A DNA stretch of 64,000 nt from Octopus sinensis (GCF_006345805.1 NC_043013.1:9548001-9612000), one strand, 5' to 3'; numbered from the stretch's first letter, positions 34,893-49,849 are shown. Numbers and translations are program-made. Notes: a model not told the origin generated them from the sequence alone.

Positions 34893-37822
34893 CTTTTTTT
34901 TTTTCTTCTTTCAAATTTTCTTCCATTTCTTGCCGAGTGTCTTCCCGACTCCTAGGGCAAAGAAAACTCATAGTGTATATTGGTAGGCCATTAAACCAAA
35001 CTCAGTAGTTCGTTCATTTTTTTTTTTTTTAAAGTTAAATTAAAATGCATGAGCAGCAACAGTCCTCACATCGACAATGCTCTTCTCAATACGTGTGATG
35101 TACCAGTTAAGACAATCTTTTGCACTTCTTGCAGGGATGGTAAGCCAGGGATCATTCTCATATATTTTCGGTTCCCTTCTTGATCATTCCTAGTGCTCCT
35201 ACGATCACTGGTATTGTAACCGCCTTGAGTGCCACATTTTCTCAATTTCAATGAGTAGGTCTTTATATTTTCTGAGCTTGTCAAACTCTTTCGCTGAGAA
35301 TATATGATCACAGGGATGCTCATGTCGATCAATAAGCAAACTTTATTGTTTTGGTCTTTCACAACAATATCTGGTTTATTGGCCTTGATGGTTCGGTCTG
35401 TATGTACTGGAAAGTCCCACAGAATGGTTACATTTTCTCCATCAGTTACAGCCTCAGGGTGGTGATTATACCACTTGTCGGCAGTTTTGATATTGTAATG
35501 CCGACTTATTAGCCAGTGGAGATATTGGCCAACTCTGTCATGTCTTAATTTATACTACTCCACTGGTGCTAAGACTTTACATCCAGAGATTAGGTGGTCC
35601 ACTGTTTCAATCATGTCGTTGCAGAATCGGCATTTTGGGTCTGCTCCATTTTTCATCACTTGGCCTGGTAGTTCCGGGTTGATAGGCTTTGGTCTTGAGC
35701 AGCCAGGATGAAACCTTCGCTCTCTGCTTTTAGCCCTGAGCTCCGCAGCCACTGATGGGTTTGCTTCTGGTCAACATCAGCTTGTTTGCTGCGGGTCACA
35801 TATTTGCCGTGCAGAGGTTTCTCCTCCCACCTATCAGCCAATTGCTCGTGCGCTTTTTTCATTGCCATCATTTTCACCTTCTTTGCAGCAATAGTTGCCG
35901 TACTTCCCTCGGGTTGTTCAGTTTGGTATCCTGCACGAGATCAATAGCAAATTTTTTCTTTCTTCCTTGATGATAGAATGAAGCTTCTTTCGTCTCTCGT
36001 GATTTTCCACGAGCTTTAGCATCCAGTCATCGATATTTCGAGATATTTGGCCAGTCCAATTGTGGTTGTTTTGTAAGCTAGTTCAAATTGGATCAGGCCT
36101 CGACCTCCTTGGGCTCTGGGAAAGGTAAAGACGATCTACGTCTGCCTTTGGGTGGTGCCATCCTATTACAACTCAGCAGCTTGCGTATTTTTCTATCTAT
36201 ATTCTTTACTTCACTCATATTCCAGTTCAACACATTGTAGCTATAAGTAACAACTGGAACTGCTAGGGAATTTATAGCTAACACCTTGTTACGTGGCATT
36301 TAGTTCAGATTTCAGGACTGCACGAACTCTCCTATAACATTCCTTCCTGATTTTCTCTTTCATGCTTGCATGCTGAATACCAGAGCCTTCATTTATCCCT
36401 AAATTTTGTATGTTTGTTCTTGCTCAAGCTCTCTTATGACTGTGTCAACATCTAACACGACTGAATTGTGGTTTTTCACTTTCCCTTTCTGGAAAGTGGC
36501 CTTGGCACACTTCTCAAGCAAGTCCAAACTCCATCGCTGAATGATTTCACGGTGCGCAATAGGCCTTCAAGTTCATTATTGTCTTTACCATAAAGTTTTA
36601 AGTCATCCATATAAAATAGATGGCTTATTTTTTTATTGGCAATTTATACCCATACCCTGTTCTGTTTAATTCACTTGTAAGGGGTATTAGGGCTATGCAG
36701 AATATTAAAGGTGAAAGTGAGTCACCTTGAAAAATTCCACAGTTGATGTTTATATTTTCTGAGGCAAGTACTCCATTAGAGTGGTATAATTGGAGATTCG
36801 TATTCCACAACGACATATTGTGCTTCAGGAAGTTTGAAATCACAGGGGAAATTTTGAGGATGTCCAGCGATCTCAAGATCCATGGATGCGGTATACTGTC
36901 GAAGGCCTTTTTATAGTCAATCCATGCGGTGCTGAGATTTCTGCGCTTGTTGTGACAGTCTCAAGGATCATACGATTGATTAGCAGTTGATCTTTGCATC
37001 CGTAAGAGCCTCGGCGGCACCCTTTTTGTTCAATGGGGGAAAATATCGTTCTTCTCCATGAATGCATATGTTTTCTCTCCGCCAGGATAGATGTTAGGAA
37101 TTTTATACGTGGTGGATAGACAGGTTATAGGCCGATAGTTTTTTGGAAGGTTGGTTTCGTTATTCTTTGGGAGTAGGTAAGTAATGCCACTTGCTAACCA
37201 TTCAGGTGTTTTCTTTGGGTCTGTCATAATTCCATTGAGCAGCTGAACTAGCTTACCGTGTGCGCACGGGAGCGATGCGAGCCAGAAATTCGGCACCCTA
37301 TCTTTACCGGGGGATTTCCAATTATGGGCCTTCGTGAGTGCCTTTCTTAGGTCTGCCTATTGTGATGTCTTCCCATGCTTGTTGTTGTATTTTTGGTAGG
37401 ATCCTTCAGTTTGTATAATCCAGTCTGCATTTATGTTGTACGTCTTCTTGTCACTCCAAATCCTTTTCCAAAAGTTTTGAACTTCTTCCATGGGAGGGGG
37501 GTCTTTAACGGTTACTTTCTCCTTCCCTATTTCTCTGTAGATTTTTTTGGCATTGGATGTGAACAGCTTATTTTGCTTGTAAAACTTGTTCTCTCTTCTC
37601 AAATCTTCGTATTCTTTGGGCTTTTGCTTGGACTTTTTGTGTTTCAGCGTTTCTTTTATTGATATCAGTTCTTCTCTTGGTGAGGATCCAAATTTTCTCT
37701 TCATCTTTTCTTCTTCTTTCTGTTCTGGATCTTACATCATTTCCACATATTAGTTCTTTAATATTGATATTTCCCCCTCAATAAATTCAATCCTTTTTCA
37801 CTTTTACTTCTCCAGATTTGAT
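34893..37822 (-). mobile_element. 5'-truncated R4/Dong-clade non-LTR retrotransposon (RT, CCHC, RLE), frameshifted, flanked by (TAA)n
   Basis: NYRPITCL, GCKDQLLIN, GIFQGDSLSPL, HLFYMDDLKL (YMDD at 36602-36613), CRFC-x8-H-x4-C, TDRTIKANKPDIVVKD...IDMSIP; 3' UTR ends in a (TAA)n tail. Confidence 0.95.
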
Positions 37823-37967
37823 TTCTTCTTCTTCTTCTTCTTCTTCTTATTATTATTATTATTATTATTAATTTTATTATTATTATTATATTATTATTAT
37901 TATTATTATATTATTATTATTATTATTATAACTCTGCTATTGGCACAATGTCTAAAATTTTGTGAGT

Positions 37968-38365
37968 GGGCGCAGGAGTGGCTGTGCGGTAAGTAGCTTG
38001 CTTACCAACCACATGGTTCCGGGTTCAGTCCCACTGCGTGGCACCTTGGGCAAGTGTCTTCTACTATATTTCGGGCCGACCAAAGCCTTCTGAGTGGATT
38101 TGGCAGACAGAAACTGAAAGAAGCCCGTCGTATATATATATGTATATATGTGTGTTTGTGTGTCTTTCTTTGTCCCCCCCAACTTCGCTTGACAACCGAT
38201 GCTGGTGTGTTTACATCCCCGTAACTTAGCGGTTCGGCAAAAGAGACCGATAGAATAAGTACTAGGCTTACAAAGACTAAGTCCTGGGGTCGATTTGCTC
38301 GACTAAAGGCGGTGCTCCAGCATGGCCGCAGTCAAATGACTGAAACAAGTAAAAGAGAGAAAAAA
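37968..38365 (+). mobile_element. SINE family B, full length
   Basis: Collinear with the other B copies. Confidence 0.95.
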
Positions 38366-38384
38366 GAATATATACATACCTACA

Positions 38385-38660
38385 GTAGATGCTAGTCGAT
38401 TATATTGACCCCAGTGCTTGACTGGTACTTAATTATTCGAACCCAAAAGGATGAATGGCAAAATCAGTCTCGGTGGAATTTGAACTTAGAACGACAACAA
38501 CAACTTAAGTTCCATGAAGTAGTTGGAAGACAAAGTAAAACAAAGTGCATCTCTGCGAAATTGGTCTCATCCGAAGGGATGAAAAGCAAAGCCAATCTCG
38601 GCTGGATTTGAACCAAAAGCATAAAGATGGACAATATATCGCAATGTATTTTATACAGCG
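38385..38660 (-). mobile_element. Two degenerate SINE C fragments
   Basis: ccccagtgcttgactggtacttaatt...ggatgaatggcaaa...gaatttgaac and ggatgaaaagcaaagcc...gatttgaacc. Confidence 0.65.
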
Positions 38661-39616
38661 GTACCCCTCCTTGGTCGTAGTAGAATGACTGAAACAAATA
38701 AGATATAGAATTCTTGTTCCTTTTTTTTTCTTTGTTCCACTTTTACTTTACAAAAATATATGTCGAGCTGTACACTGAATCGAAATATCAGGAAACGGGG
38801 GATTTCAAAATATTTTATGAGATGAAACTGGCTACTGTTATCGACAAAAATATCCATGATAATATGGATATAGTATATAGTCTAAGAAAAAGTGGATGGA
38901 GAAAAAAAAAAAACTATATTTTCCTTGTTAATAAACCAGCTTAATATGAACTATAGAAGATTGCCTACAGATCCACAGGAACTTCAGAAAGGGACTATCT
39001 CCAAAACAATACTATTTGTATGTTAACAATTGATTTCAGTTAAAACAATATCCCTGCTTTTTTTTTGTTTTTTTTTTATCCTTATAGAAAATCTATTGAT
39101 GAATAAATCAAACCAACCACAAATATTTGTCTCGAACTTCCGAAACAACTAAAAGGCTTCTTCAAATTCGTTTAACCTGTTAAAAATAGCGGCCAAGCAT
39201 CCTTGCAGTCGCACCCAACTGTCTTCAGAAAAATGCAGTAAAAAATGGATGTTATCTCAGAATATATTGAATAATTATAGATTTACATGCAAGATGCTTG
39301 GAAAAAGATAAGGTATGATAGTCAAGGTGGAACACTTTTGGTTATGTGCCTGCTCGATCAGAGCTGCCTGGGGTTAAATAAAAACAACAAAGACCTAAGT
39401 TCCATGGAGTAGTTTAGAAGACGAAGAAATATAAAGTGGATCCCTGTACAATTGGTATACTTAATCAATTGGTCTTTAATAGGTTTGAAATTTTGGTACA
39501 AGGCGAGTAATTTTGGGGAAGGGGTGAGACGATATCATCGAACCCAGTGCTTGACTTGTACTTATTTTATCACATACACACACACTCATACATACATACA
39601 TACCTACATACATACC

Positions 39617-39682
<66 letters not shown>

Positions 39683-39939
39683 CATCATATATATATATAT
39701 ATATATATGTAAACCGTCTAAGAGTCCTAAGTCAGGGCAAAAGGCACTCGTATATCTGTCAGTAGAGTGTATATATTAATAAGTCGCAATATTTCATTCC
39801 ATAACGGCTACCTAAGACATGCCCAGGGTTACATGATCGGACTCTTACCTGACATTCCTTTGAACCACTAGTGCGAAACCGATTGGTAACATCGGTCGTA
39901 ATGGATATTTAATACTGTACACTTCGATTAATATATATG

Positions 39940-40115
39940 TGTGTGTGTGTGTGTGTATACGACGGGCTTCCTTTAGTTTCCGTCTGTCAAATCCCCTCAC
40001 AAAGCTTTACTGCCGAGGTTATAGTAGAAGACACTTCCAAAATGTGTCCTGCCGTGGGACTGAAACCGAAACCATGTGGTTGGGAAATAAACCTCTTCCC
40101 ACACAGTCGCCATAT
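39940..40115 (-). mobile_element. SINE B 5' half
   Basis: gacgggcttcctttagtttccgtctgtcaaatc...gtagaagacacttcc. Confidence 0.75.
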
Positions 40116-41052
40116 CAACCGTAACCAATCCGAATGCGTAGACGGTCCCTCGTTGGGCCAATTCGTCACCTGCGTTTATTGTTTTCCATTACACTGCGCT
40201 TGTCTTGTCTTTACACATAGGAATTGCAAGAAAATATTAAAAAATTCGAAAAGAAAAAATTAGCCATTCAACAGAAACATCTAGCAACAATAGCAACAAG
40301 AAATTTGGTAAAAAAAATAAAAAATAAATAGAAGGAGATAATTAATCAGAGAATTATCAGAAATGGAAACCATTGAAAATATTAAAAGAAACATTTCTTA
40401 TAATAGGGTAAATTCATACACAGACATACAGACAAACAGACAAACACAGTACGGACACATACGTACGCATACTCACATATATACTGTGCAATGTTTTACA
40501 TATATTATATTATATTATATTATATTATATTATATTATATTATATTATATTATATTATATAATGTTATATAAATACATTTACGTTTATAGGCAAATATGC
40601 ACATATACACATACGCATGCGCAAGCGCTGTACAATGTATTATGCTTGTGTGTTGTATGTCTCTCTGTGTATGTATATGTATACGTATGCATATATATAT
40701 ATATATATATGTTTATACACACACGCACACATACACACATATGCATTTATTAAAAAACTAGTAACTTTCACCCCGTGGGGACTTGCATTCACGCACACAC
40801 ACGCACTCACTCACACACACACATACACACCCTTATTCATAGACGCGTAGAAATTGTAACAAAAATCAAGTTATCTTAGTGTTGGAATTTGCCGTTTCAA
40901 TTTCCTTTCAGACAGACAAAATGGTTGCTTTATCTGAAAGAACACTCGTACGACGATTTGTGCGCACAACACTCTCAGCAGTCGATCTATCGAGCTCCGC
41001 CCCCCCCCCCCCCCGACACAAACTCACACACCGACTTCACATATGAAAAACT

Positions 41053-41084
<32 letters not shown>

Positions 41085-41355
41085 GAACAACAATGTCAAT
41101 AACATAAAATGAATGCAAACGGATATTAAGAAAACATGACAAGAAAAACGAAAACGGACAAGACAACAGATCGACAAACAACGACAAATCCAATGCAGCG
41201 GTTAATAAACAAGTTTTCAAGCCATACAATTGAATGATTTACCCAGAAGACTTTTTGGTCGTGTTGATTCTGACAGCTATCTATTTCCCTAACGCTGCAC
41301 CGAGAGATAGAAGGGGACAGCAAAAAAAAAAAATATATATATATATATATATATG

Positions 41356-41387
<32 letters not shown>

Positions 41388-41539
41388 TGTATGTATGTAT
41401 GTATGTATGTATGTAGGTGTGTGAGAGAGAGATTTTGTCATAAACTCACATGGAATCATGAATGAAAAAAAGCAGGCAAAATCTCAAGAAAAACAAACAA
41501 TAAAGCAGAATATCCAAAATGTTAACACCATGTAACAAG

Positions 41540-42042
41540 ATCAGAGTTATTAGTAATATTAATACTACTACTACTACAACTGCTAGTGCTTCTACTATTA
41601 CTACTACTACTACTACCACTACTACTACTACTGCTACTATGATAATAATAATAACAACGACCTTAATAATAATAACGATGATGATGATGACGATGACAAT
41701 GACGACGACGACGACGATGATGACGATGACGATGATGATGATGATGAGGAGGAGGAGGAGGAGGATGAGGGGAGGATGATGATGGTGGTGGTGGTGGTGG
41801 TGGTGGTGATGATGATGATGATGATGATGATGATGACGACGACGACAACGATTATGATGATATAAGATTACAATGGAAAATGGCATCTGGTGTAATAAGA
41901 GATATAGCAACAATGTGATGAAGAATTTCAAAAACAAATATACTAAGAGAAAAAAGAAATAAATATGGCTACATGCCAATAATTATAATACTACTACAAT
42001 CAAGATGATAATAATAATATAATAATAATAATAATAGTGATG

Positions 42043-42099
<57 letters not shown>

Positions 42100-42102
42100 G
42101 TT

Positions 42103-42165
<63 letters not shown>

Positions 42166-42170
42166 GCGAG
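41540..42170. repeat. Trinucleotide mosaic (ACT)(ATA)(GAT)(GAC)(GAG)(GGT) followed by long (ATA)n
   Basis: Seen directly. Confidence 0.9.
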
Positions 42171-42348
42171 AGCCGTCCCCCAAAATGATAATAACATCTT
42201 ATTAGAATAGAAAGGAATTGTAAGGAAAAACCAGCCTGCCATCTACCCTTCGCTTGAAATTGATTATATGTGTATATATGTATAAGTATAAATATATGAA
42301 CACACACACATACACACACAAACACACACACACATGTATATGTATATA

Positions 42349-42417
<69 letters not shown>

Positions 42418-42442
42418 CGTTTATACATATATGTATACATGC

Positions 42443-42503
<61 letters not shown>

Positions 42504-42671
42504 AATATATATATATAATATATATATATATACTTATATGTAAATGTACATGTATATTTTATGTACATGGTTTTAAAAATTTGAATTCATCATTGTAATT
42601 CAAGCAAAAATATAACCACGGTAATATCGATAATAATAACAATAGTAATAATAATAATAATAATAATAATG

Positions 42672-42756
<85 letters not shown>

Positions 42757-43206
42757 GTTTGTAAATAAATAAACGAATAATGGAATGGGATAGAAAAAAT
42801 ACTCAAAAATTGTATCTTATCTGTTTGGTTTGTGATGAAGTCAGCGAAAAATTTAATACCTTCACGGCTTTGCGAGATGGAATTAAGATGTGTATGAGTG
42901 TGCGTGTGCGTGTGCGTATGCGTGTGTTTGTGTATGTATATTTGTTTTGGGTCTGTTTTGATTGTTTGCGTTTTTCGTTTGTTATTTTTGCGTATATTTT
43001 GAAAAATTTATTTCGTAAATCATCACCATTCTGAAGAGAATTCTCAGCAAGGCATTGGTCCGTTATTTTAAAAGTCACCTTCTGCTTGGCTTGTCTGCTA
43101 TTAATTCTTCTTGCTTCTTGTTATACAAAAGACGGTTTAATTCAATTACTGTGAACACACAGGACATACGGGACACATCTCTCAACGGTGTGTTTGTTAA
43201 TTTGTT

Positions 43207-43264
<58 letters not shown>

Positions 43265-43434
43265 TGTGCATGTGCGTGTGCATGCGTGTGTGTGCGCGTG
43301 TATGTATGTATGTTTGTGTGTGTGGCGTTAGTTGCTGAGATTCTATTATTCGTCTTTCCTTCGAGACTTAAGTTGTGTATGTATGTGTGTGAAATGTATG
43401 TGAGTATGTATATGTCAGTGTATATGTGTGAGTG

Positions 43435-43655
43435 AGAAAGAGAGATAGAGAGATAGAGAGAAAGACAAATGTAAAGGAGCAAAATGGTTTGAGAGAATGG
43501 TAGAGAGTGCGAGGGGAGAGAGGGAGAGGGAGAGAAGGAGGAGCAAGAGATTGAGAGACAAAGGATTATGAGAGGAGAGTGAGGGAGTTAAGAGAGACAA
43601 GGAAATACATGGAAAATGATTGATAGAAAGATATATATATATATATATGTGTGTG

Positions 43656-43696
<41 letters not shown>

Positions 43697-43845
43697 AGAG
43701 AGAGAGGGAGAGAGAGAGAGACAAGACAGTAAGAGACAAATGGAGAGCAAGAGAAAAAGAGAAAGAGGAAGGAAGAGTTAAAGAAGGACACGGTGCGGGA
43801 GGGGAGGGTGAGTGTGAATGTTCGGAAATGTGTTAACAAACAGAT

Positions 43846-43881
<36 letters not shown>

Positions 43882-43919
43882 AAAGAAAGAAAGAAAGAAA
43901 GGAAGAAAGAAAGAAAGAA

Positions 43920-43988
<69 letters not shown>

Positions 43989-44040
43989 GAAAAAAGAAAG
44001 TAAGAAGGAAGGAAAGAAAAGTGGGGAGGGGAATGAGAGT
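43435..44040. repeat. Polypurine (GA)n/(GAAA)n tract
   Basis: About 600 nt, mostly purines on the + strand. Confidence 0.9.
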
Positions 44041-44549
44041 CAGGGGCGAACCAAAGTATACAAGTGGAAAATATAATTCCAGGATTTGTTAAAGAAATTG
44101 TCAGAAAGAAATGAAGTGACATTGACAACCAGAAATATATTAATTATAAGAAATATGATTTATTCCCCTATGGAAGTGTATAATTACTGGTATGGATGTG
44201 CGAACCTTTGTGTGCATGTATGTATGGATGGATAGATGTTTGGATGGGTAGATGTTTGCATGTATATTTTTATGCATGGATGAATGGGTTGATAGATGGA
44301 GGGATGTTCTCTTTACATTGTTCAACTTTTTATCCGATAGAGAAAGAGACGGGTTCTAATCTGGAAAGATGCTTTTTCATTAAGATTTTAATATCAACAG
44401 TGCATGTATGTATGTATGTATGTATGTATGTATGTATGTATGTATGTATGTATGCATGCATGTATGTATGTTTGTATGTATGTATGTATGAATGTATGTA
44501 TGCATGCATGTATGTATGTATGTACTATGTATTTATACTTCTTCTTTCG

Positions 44550-44791
44550 CCCTTTTAAAGCCTAGCCAGGCTCATGGGCCCGGTTTCCCGGTTTCAATGG
44601 CGTATGTGTTCCCCACCTGGACGGGACGCCAGTCCATCGCATCATTATTCAGTTTTGCCAGCTGAGTGAACTGGAGCAATGTGAAATGAAGTGTTTTGCT
44701 CAAGAACACAACGCGTCTCCCGGTCCAGGAATTGAAACCACAATCTTACGATCATGATGCTGACACCCTAACCATTAAGCCACACATCTCT
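44550..44791 (-). mobile_element. SINE family A
   Basis: Close reverse-complement match to the 29571 copy. Confidence 0.9.
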
Positions 44792-45107
44792 ACATGTATG
44801 TATACATTGGTAAATTATTCTTTTGGTAGAAGACCAGCTTCTTTACAAATAATATCATAGTTGACTAGACTTACTCCTGCATGTTCCTGGTACTGATTCG
44901 AGTTAATACGGAAGCTTTAGGTGTTCATTCCACTTACAAGAAATAGCAACTAAATCCCCTTCAATTTAAAATCTATCTTTAAAACAAGAGGGGGTAATAA
45001 AGCAATATATGGAAAATAAAGCATTATCTATGCAAAAGAATGGGATGGTTATAGCTGAAACCTCTGTCATAATACATCTGCTCACTAGAATAACAACGCT
45101 CAAATGC

Positions 45108-45279
<172 letters not shown>

Positions 45280-45989
45280 GAGTGAGAGAGCAGTGCATGC
45301 CATCAAAGTGACGCTGAGGTAAAATATACGAAGCCCAGTATACCCATCATGACTACCCGTCTGATAAGGGTACACTAGACACATGCATCACAACCATATG
45401 TGCGTGACATGGTGATCTCATATCAAGATAAACAACGCATGATCTTGCAGGTGGTGCCCAGTTAGAATTTTCTTCTGGTCGAGTAGCCCATCCCGCTCAA
45501 AAGGTACCTGAATAAAGATTGTTTAAGGATGCTGAACGAACCACCAATGTTTCCAAAAGTGAATTATCCAAACCTCCAAGAATTCCTTTCAACACACGGC
45601 TATGATGCTCCCCCACTACTTCTGCTCGTGGTCAGAGATGCACATATCGTCAGCCACTAAGGGACATGCTCAACTGGTTAAGGTCAAACAACTGACAAGC
45701 AAATCTGTGGTATTGAGCAGAATATTTCCATCACTTGCGGTTTACATCGCTGCCTTTAGTAAAAGTGTAAATAAAGTAAGCAAATTTCCGTTGATATTTT
45801 CAGCCATAACATTTTTGTTCGAAAAAGCAAGCTATGAGACACTATTATCAGTTATATATTGACTTCAGTAATGTAACTGGTATTTCATTTTACCAACCTT
45901 GGAAAAGTAAAAACAAATTTGATACCGGTAGGATTTGAACTCAGAACGTCAAAGTACGAAACAAAGCACGACATGATTTTGCCTATCCA

Positions 45990-46890
45990 TCGCTTAGTGG
46001 TTAGGTCTATTCGGCTTACGATCACAAGGACGTGAATTCGATTCTCGGCGGAGCTTTGTGTCCTTAAGCAAAATATTGGGTTGTCCGGAAAGTTCGTGCC
46101 GATTTATAGTAGCTTACCTTACGACTTATTTTAGAACATAGTTGAGTCCATAAGATAGGATTTGACTACACCCCCATTTAGGGCATAGTTTAAGCTATCT
46201 TTTCGTGGAAGAAGGTTTATGTTCCTATAACCTGTGTTAATACTGCAACCCTCTAAAATGGAAGATAAGAAAATTCATTTTCGGCACTTGATACTTTGGG
46301 AACCAGACAAAAATGGCTGCAGCGCGGTTGGGATGTGTTACCTCACCCTCCATATTCACTAGATGTTGCTCCTTGGGATTTCCACTTAGTTAATTTTAAT
46401 TTTTTGGCTCAAAAGCAAATAGGTCTCTGCAGAATAGTCTTAATGGTAAAAATTTTAATTCCTTGGATGATGTAAAAAGATACCTTGATGAATTCTTTGC
46501 CATGAAACCACCTCAATTCTGGGAAGAGGGTATTTTCAAGTTAAAGGAAAGATGGAGACGCATTGTGCAACAAAACGGTTCATATTTGGCTGATTAAAAA
46601 TGTAATGACAAGTATTTATTGACCTTTTTCTTTCCTTTAAAAATCGGCACGAACTTTCCGGACAACCCGATACATTACTTCTTGCTTCATTCCTCTCAGC
46701 TGGCAAAAGTGAGGTGTGCTGTAATCTAAAGGGCCAGCCTTGTCATATTCAATGTATCGTGCTGATTCTACCTGAGAACTACGTTAAGCTTATGCATACC
46801 TGTGGATATCTCACTCATTGCACGTTAATTTCACGGGGCTGTTCCATTGATCAGGTCAACTGAAACACTCGTCGTAACCGATGAAGTGTC
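45990..46890 (+). mobile_element. Old SINE with A-type head/core and D-type tail, split by a mariner
   Basis: gcttagtggttagg...ttgtgtccttaagcaaaa | cattac...ctcagctggcaaaagtgag, then aaagggccagccttgtca...gagaactacgttaag...tcgtaaccga (D tail). Confidence 0.75.
46076..46670 (+). mobile_element. Internally deleted mariner, second copy, TA target duplication
   Basis: TIR ttgggttgtccggaaagttcgtgccgattt; MEDKKIHFRHLILW joined to TRQKWLQRGWDVLPHPPYSLDVAP...FWEEGIFKLKERW; same deletion junction as the 11610 copy. Confidence 0.92.
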
Positions 46891-47384
46891 AGTTATGTCC
46901 ATCACTTATATTTCGAGAACGATATTGATAATTAATTTGTCAAATTCATTAATGTAATTAGATTAAATGGATTTTTAACAGTTCCAAAGCAACGGCGTCT
47001 TTGTTAATATTTTCCAATACCTCAAATGAAGCTATTTCGAGTTACGTCTTACTGACTTTATATAATTTTTTAAAAGAAAATATACCTCAACTACAGTCGA
47101 TTTATCCGACTTTACGTCTGTCACAGTGAACATATTTAAAAACAGAAATTTAAAAAAAATACTGAGATAGAAAAACCAAATAATATACGTGTGAAAATAT
47201 GTGCCAATCATTTACGTTAATAAATTTTTTCAAAAATGTTTTTCGTGTTACGTGGTCTCTCCGAGTTAAGTAGCATAACTTGGAAACAATTAACAACGTA
47301 AGCTGAGGTATGACTGTACACACACACACATACGCACATATACACATATATATATTTGGTGGGAATATTATATGTGCAGGAAAG

Positions 47385-47600
47385 ACGGCGATCTGGCAGA
47401 ATCGTTAGCACGCTGTGCAAGATGCTCAGAGGCATTTCGTCTCGCTTTTCGTTCAGAGTTCAAATTCCGCCGAGGCCGACTTTGCCTTTCATCCTTTCAG
47501 GGTCGATAAAACAAGTACCAGTTGAACACTGGGGTCAATGTAATCGACTTACCCCTTCCCTGAAATTGCCTGCCTTCTACCAAAATTTAAAACAAATATC
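47385..47600 (+). mobile_element. SINE family C, full length
   Basis: ggcgatctggcagaatcgttagcacgc...gttcaaattccgccgaggccgactttgcctttcatcctttcagggtcgataaaacaagtaccag. Confidence 0.9.
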
Positions 47601-48108
47601 ATATATGTAGGACATTTTGTCATCCGTGAGTAGAAACATAACTGATTATGCTTCAATGTCAAAAAAATTTCAACCACCCAGTGGGTACCTAAATTAGCCG
47701 ACCCTTCCGTAAACATAACATCCTTTTGATTACAGCAATCACTGTAATCGAGAAAGGTACTCCATCGCCCCCCAAAAAATACAAAACAAAAGGAACAAAA
47801 TGGCCGCCTGCATGGTCCGCATAACCCACGCTACGCTATTATCATATAACTAGTCTACTCAAGGTTTCTGAGTGAAAATAAACCAGGTTGTTTCTAAGCT
47901 TTACGGAAGGAATGTGCTTGAAATTCAAAAAGCCCACTGGCACACTCAATGCTCAGTCAACTTGTAATTACATTATGCATAATTTACAGGATGCAGCAAA
48001 AAGGTAACCCCTATTTCAAAGGTTAATACAAAACAAACACATGAAGATGCATGAAAAGACTTTGTGTTTCTATGAAGTTCGTTAAATGCCATTTTTTTTC
48101 TGTTTCAG

Positions 48109-48248
48109 ATAGTACACATCATGGCCTGGAATGGAGAACATCGTTTTTACTTCTATCTTCGTGCTTGTTTTTAACTTTTAAGCAGGATCGTCAATCTGGA
48201 ATGTTTATGATTATAGCTTTATTCAATGTAAACTTGACCGTGTGTTAG
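48109..48248 (+). CDS. Weak candidate phase-1 terminal exon (x)STHHGLEWRTSFLLLSSCLFLTFKQ...LTVC*
   Basis: Strong acceptor ttttttttctgtttcag and 46 open codons; unverified. Confidence 0.18.
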
Positions 48249-48394
48249 AGCATCGTAGAGACAGTGTTTCTAATTTAAAAAGCGCCTTGTTTCACTGAAT
48301 AATCATTTAACATGTAATTGAGTCCTACATAAATTTCTTTTACTACCCACAAGGGGCTAAACACAGAGGGGACAAACAAGGACGGACAAACGGA

Positions 48395-48550
48395 TTAAGT
48401 CGATTACATCGACCCCAGTGCATAACTGGTACTTAATTTATCGACTCCGAAAGGATGAAAGGCAAAGTTGACCCCGGCGGAATTTGAACTCAGAACGTAA
48501 CGGCAGACGAAATACGGCTACACATTTCGCGTGCTAACGATTCTGCCGGG
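48395..48550 (-). mobile_element. SINE family C
   Basis: gtcgattacatcgaccccagtgcataactggtacttaatttatcgac...gaatttgaactcagaacg. Confidence 0.85.
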
Positions 48551-49565
48551 TCAACAGTTGAAATACATTTGATCTGAGCCCAACCACGGTGAGCATGTAG
48601 TTATGTCTTATAAGACGTATACAAATCTGCAGGGTGGTCACAGATGGAATGCTTTTGATCATAGTTCTCCTTCATCAAATGTCTACTGCACTTGCTGAGT
48701 CAATATAAAGTTACATCCAACGTAATATAGAAATCTACGATTGGAAAGCTTTTGAGAGTAGCTCCGCTTGATCAGGGCTGAACTACGGACAAACGGCAAT
48801 AGCAACACAATCCGGCAATTTAAGTAAATACAGAAAAGTAATTGCGGCAATGCCCTACTATCTATGCCAACTACTGGACATTATACTTGACCCTTTCATC
48901 CTTTCATACGATAGGAATAGCCCACAGCATATTCCTCAAATCAATCCATTTTTTTCCTTGTTTATCTTTGTTAAGGAAATGTCACATCAAATAATGTGCA
49001 TCTAGATATCCTTAGAAATTCAGAAATATCACAGTAGCAATATCTTTGATCACAAGTCTATTCGATCAGAACTGCCGTGGGGCTAAATAAAATCAAGGAA
49101 AATTGGGTTTCGACGAGAGTATACGAATCGACGTTCATCTAGTTTGAAAGTCAGTACTTCATCGACATAGCTACCAATCCACGATCCTAATTTCTAAAGA
49201 TATATCATATAATACTTAACTCTTACCACAGACTTGCACATTAAAATGCATGCCGTCTGTCAAACTATACTATACAAACATAAAGTATGACAAACACAAT
49301 TTTATTCAAGTATTGAAAGCCTCCATCTTTTTCTCTCTCTTACTTCCTTCTTTTCTCTCTTCTCCTTCTCTCTTGTTCTCAGACGCATGCACGCATACAC
49401 ACATTGATACAAGGACACTATATCATATATATATATATAATATATATATAAAGATATATATATACATTACTAAATAGTTTATGACACTACGAGTTTCAAG
49501 CACATTCATTACACGCAAAACATTCTCAAGTTATACATACATACATACATACATACATACATACA

Positions 49566-49599
<34 letters not shown>

Positions 49600-49780
49600 C
49601 ATACATACATATATATGCATGTTTCACATACATATATACACACACGCACATATATATATCTAGGTACATAGAAATATACACCAATATATATAGAGACATG
49701 CATACACACACACATAGACGCCTACAAAATCATGCATTCAAACATTATATGTGTGTACGCGCTCGCGGTATATATATATA

Positions 49781-49849
<69 letters not shown>

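Noticed and set aside
40912-41045. Strong acceptor followed by a CpG-rich open frame
   Set aside because: Two phases are equally protein-like, there is no donor, and it runs into poly-C and microsatellite.
41446-42568. Long ORFs (177 and 199 aa) with poly-H/I/V/L runs
   Set aside because: Translations of trinucleotide microsatellites, open on both strands, with no splice or domain support. The same applies to the [12 protein letters not shown] and THTH ORFs throughout the track.
45280-45730. Probable retroelement 3' end next to (ATT)n
   Set aside because: Single copy in the window, no ORF and no match to the Dong UTR; not supportable from this sequence alone.
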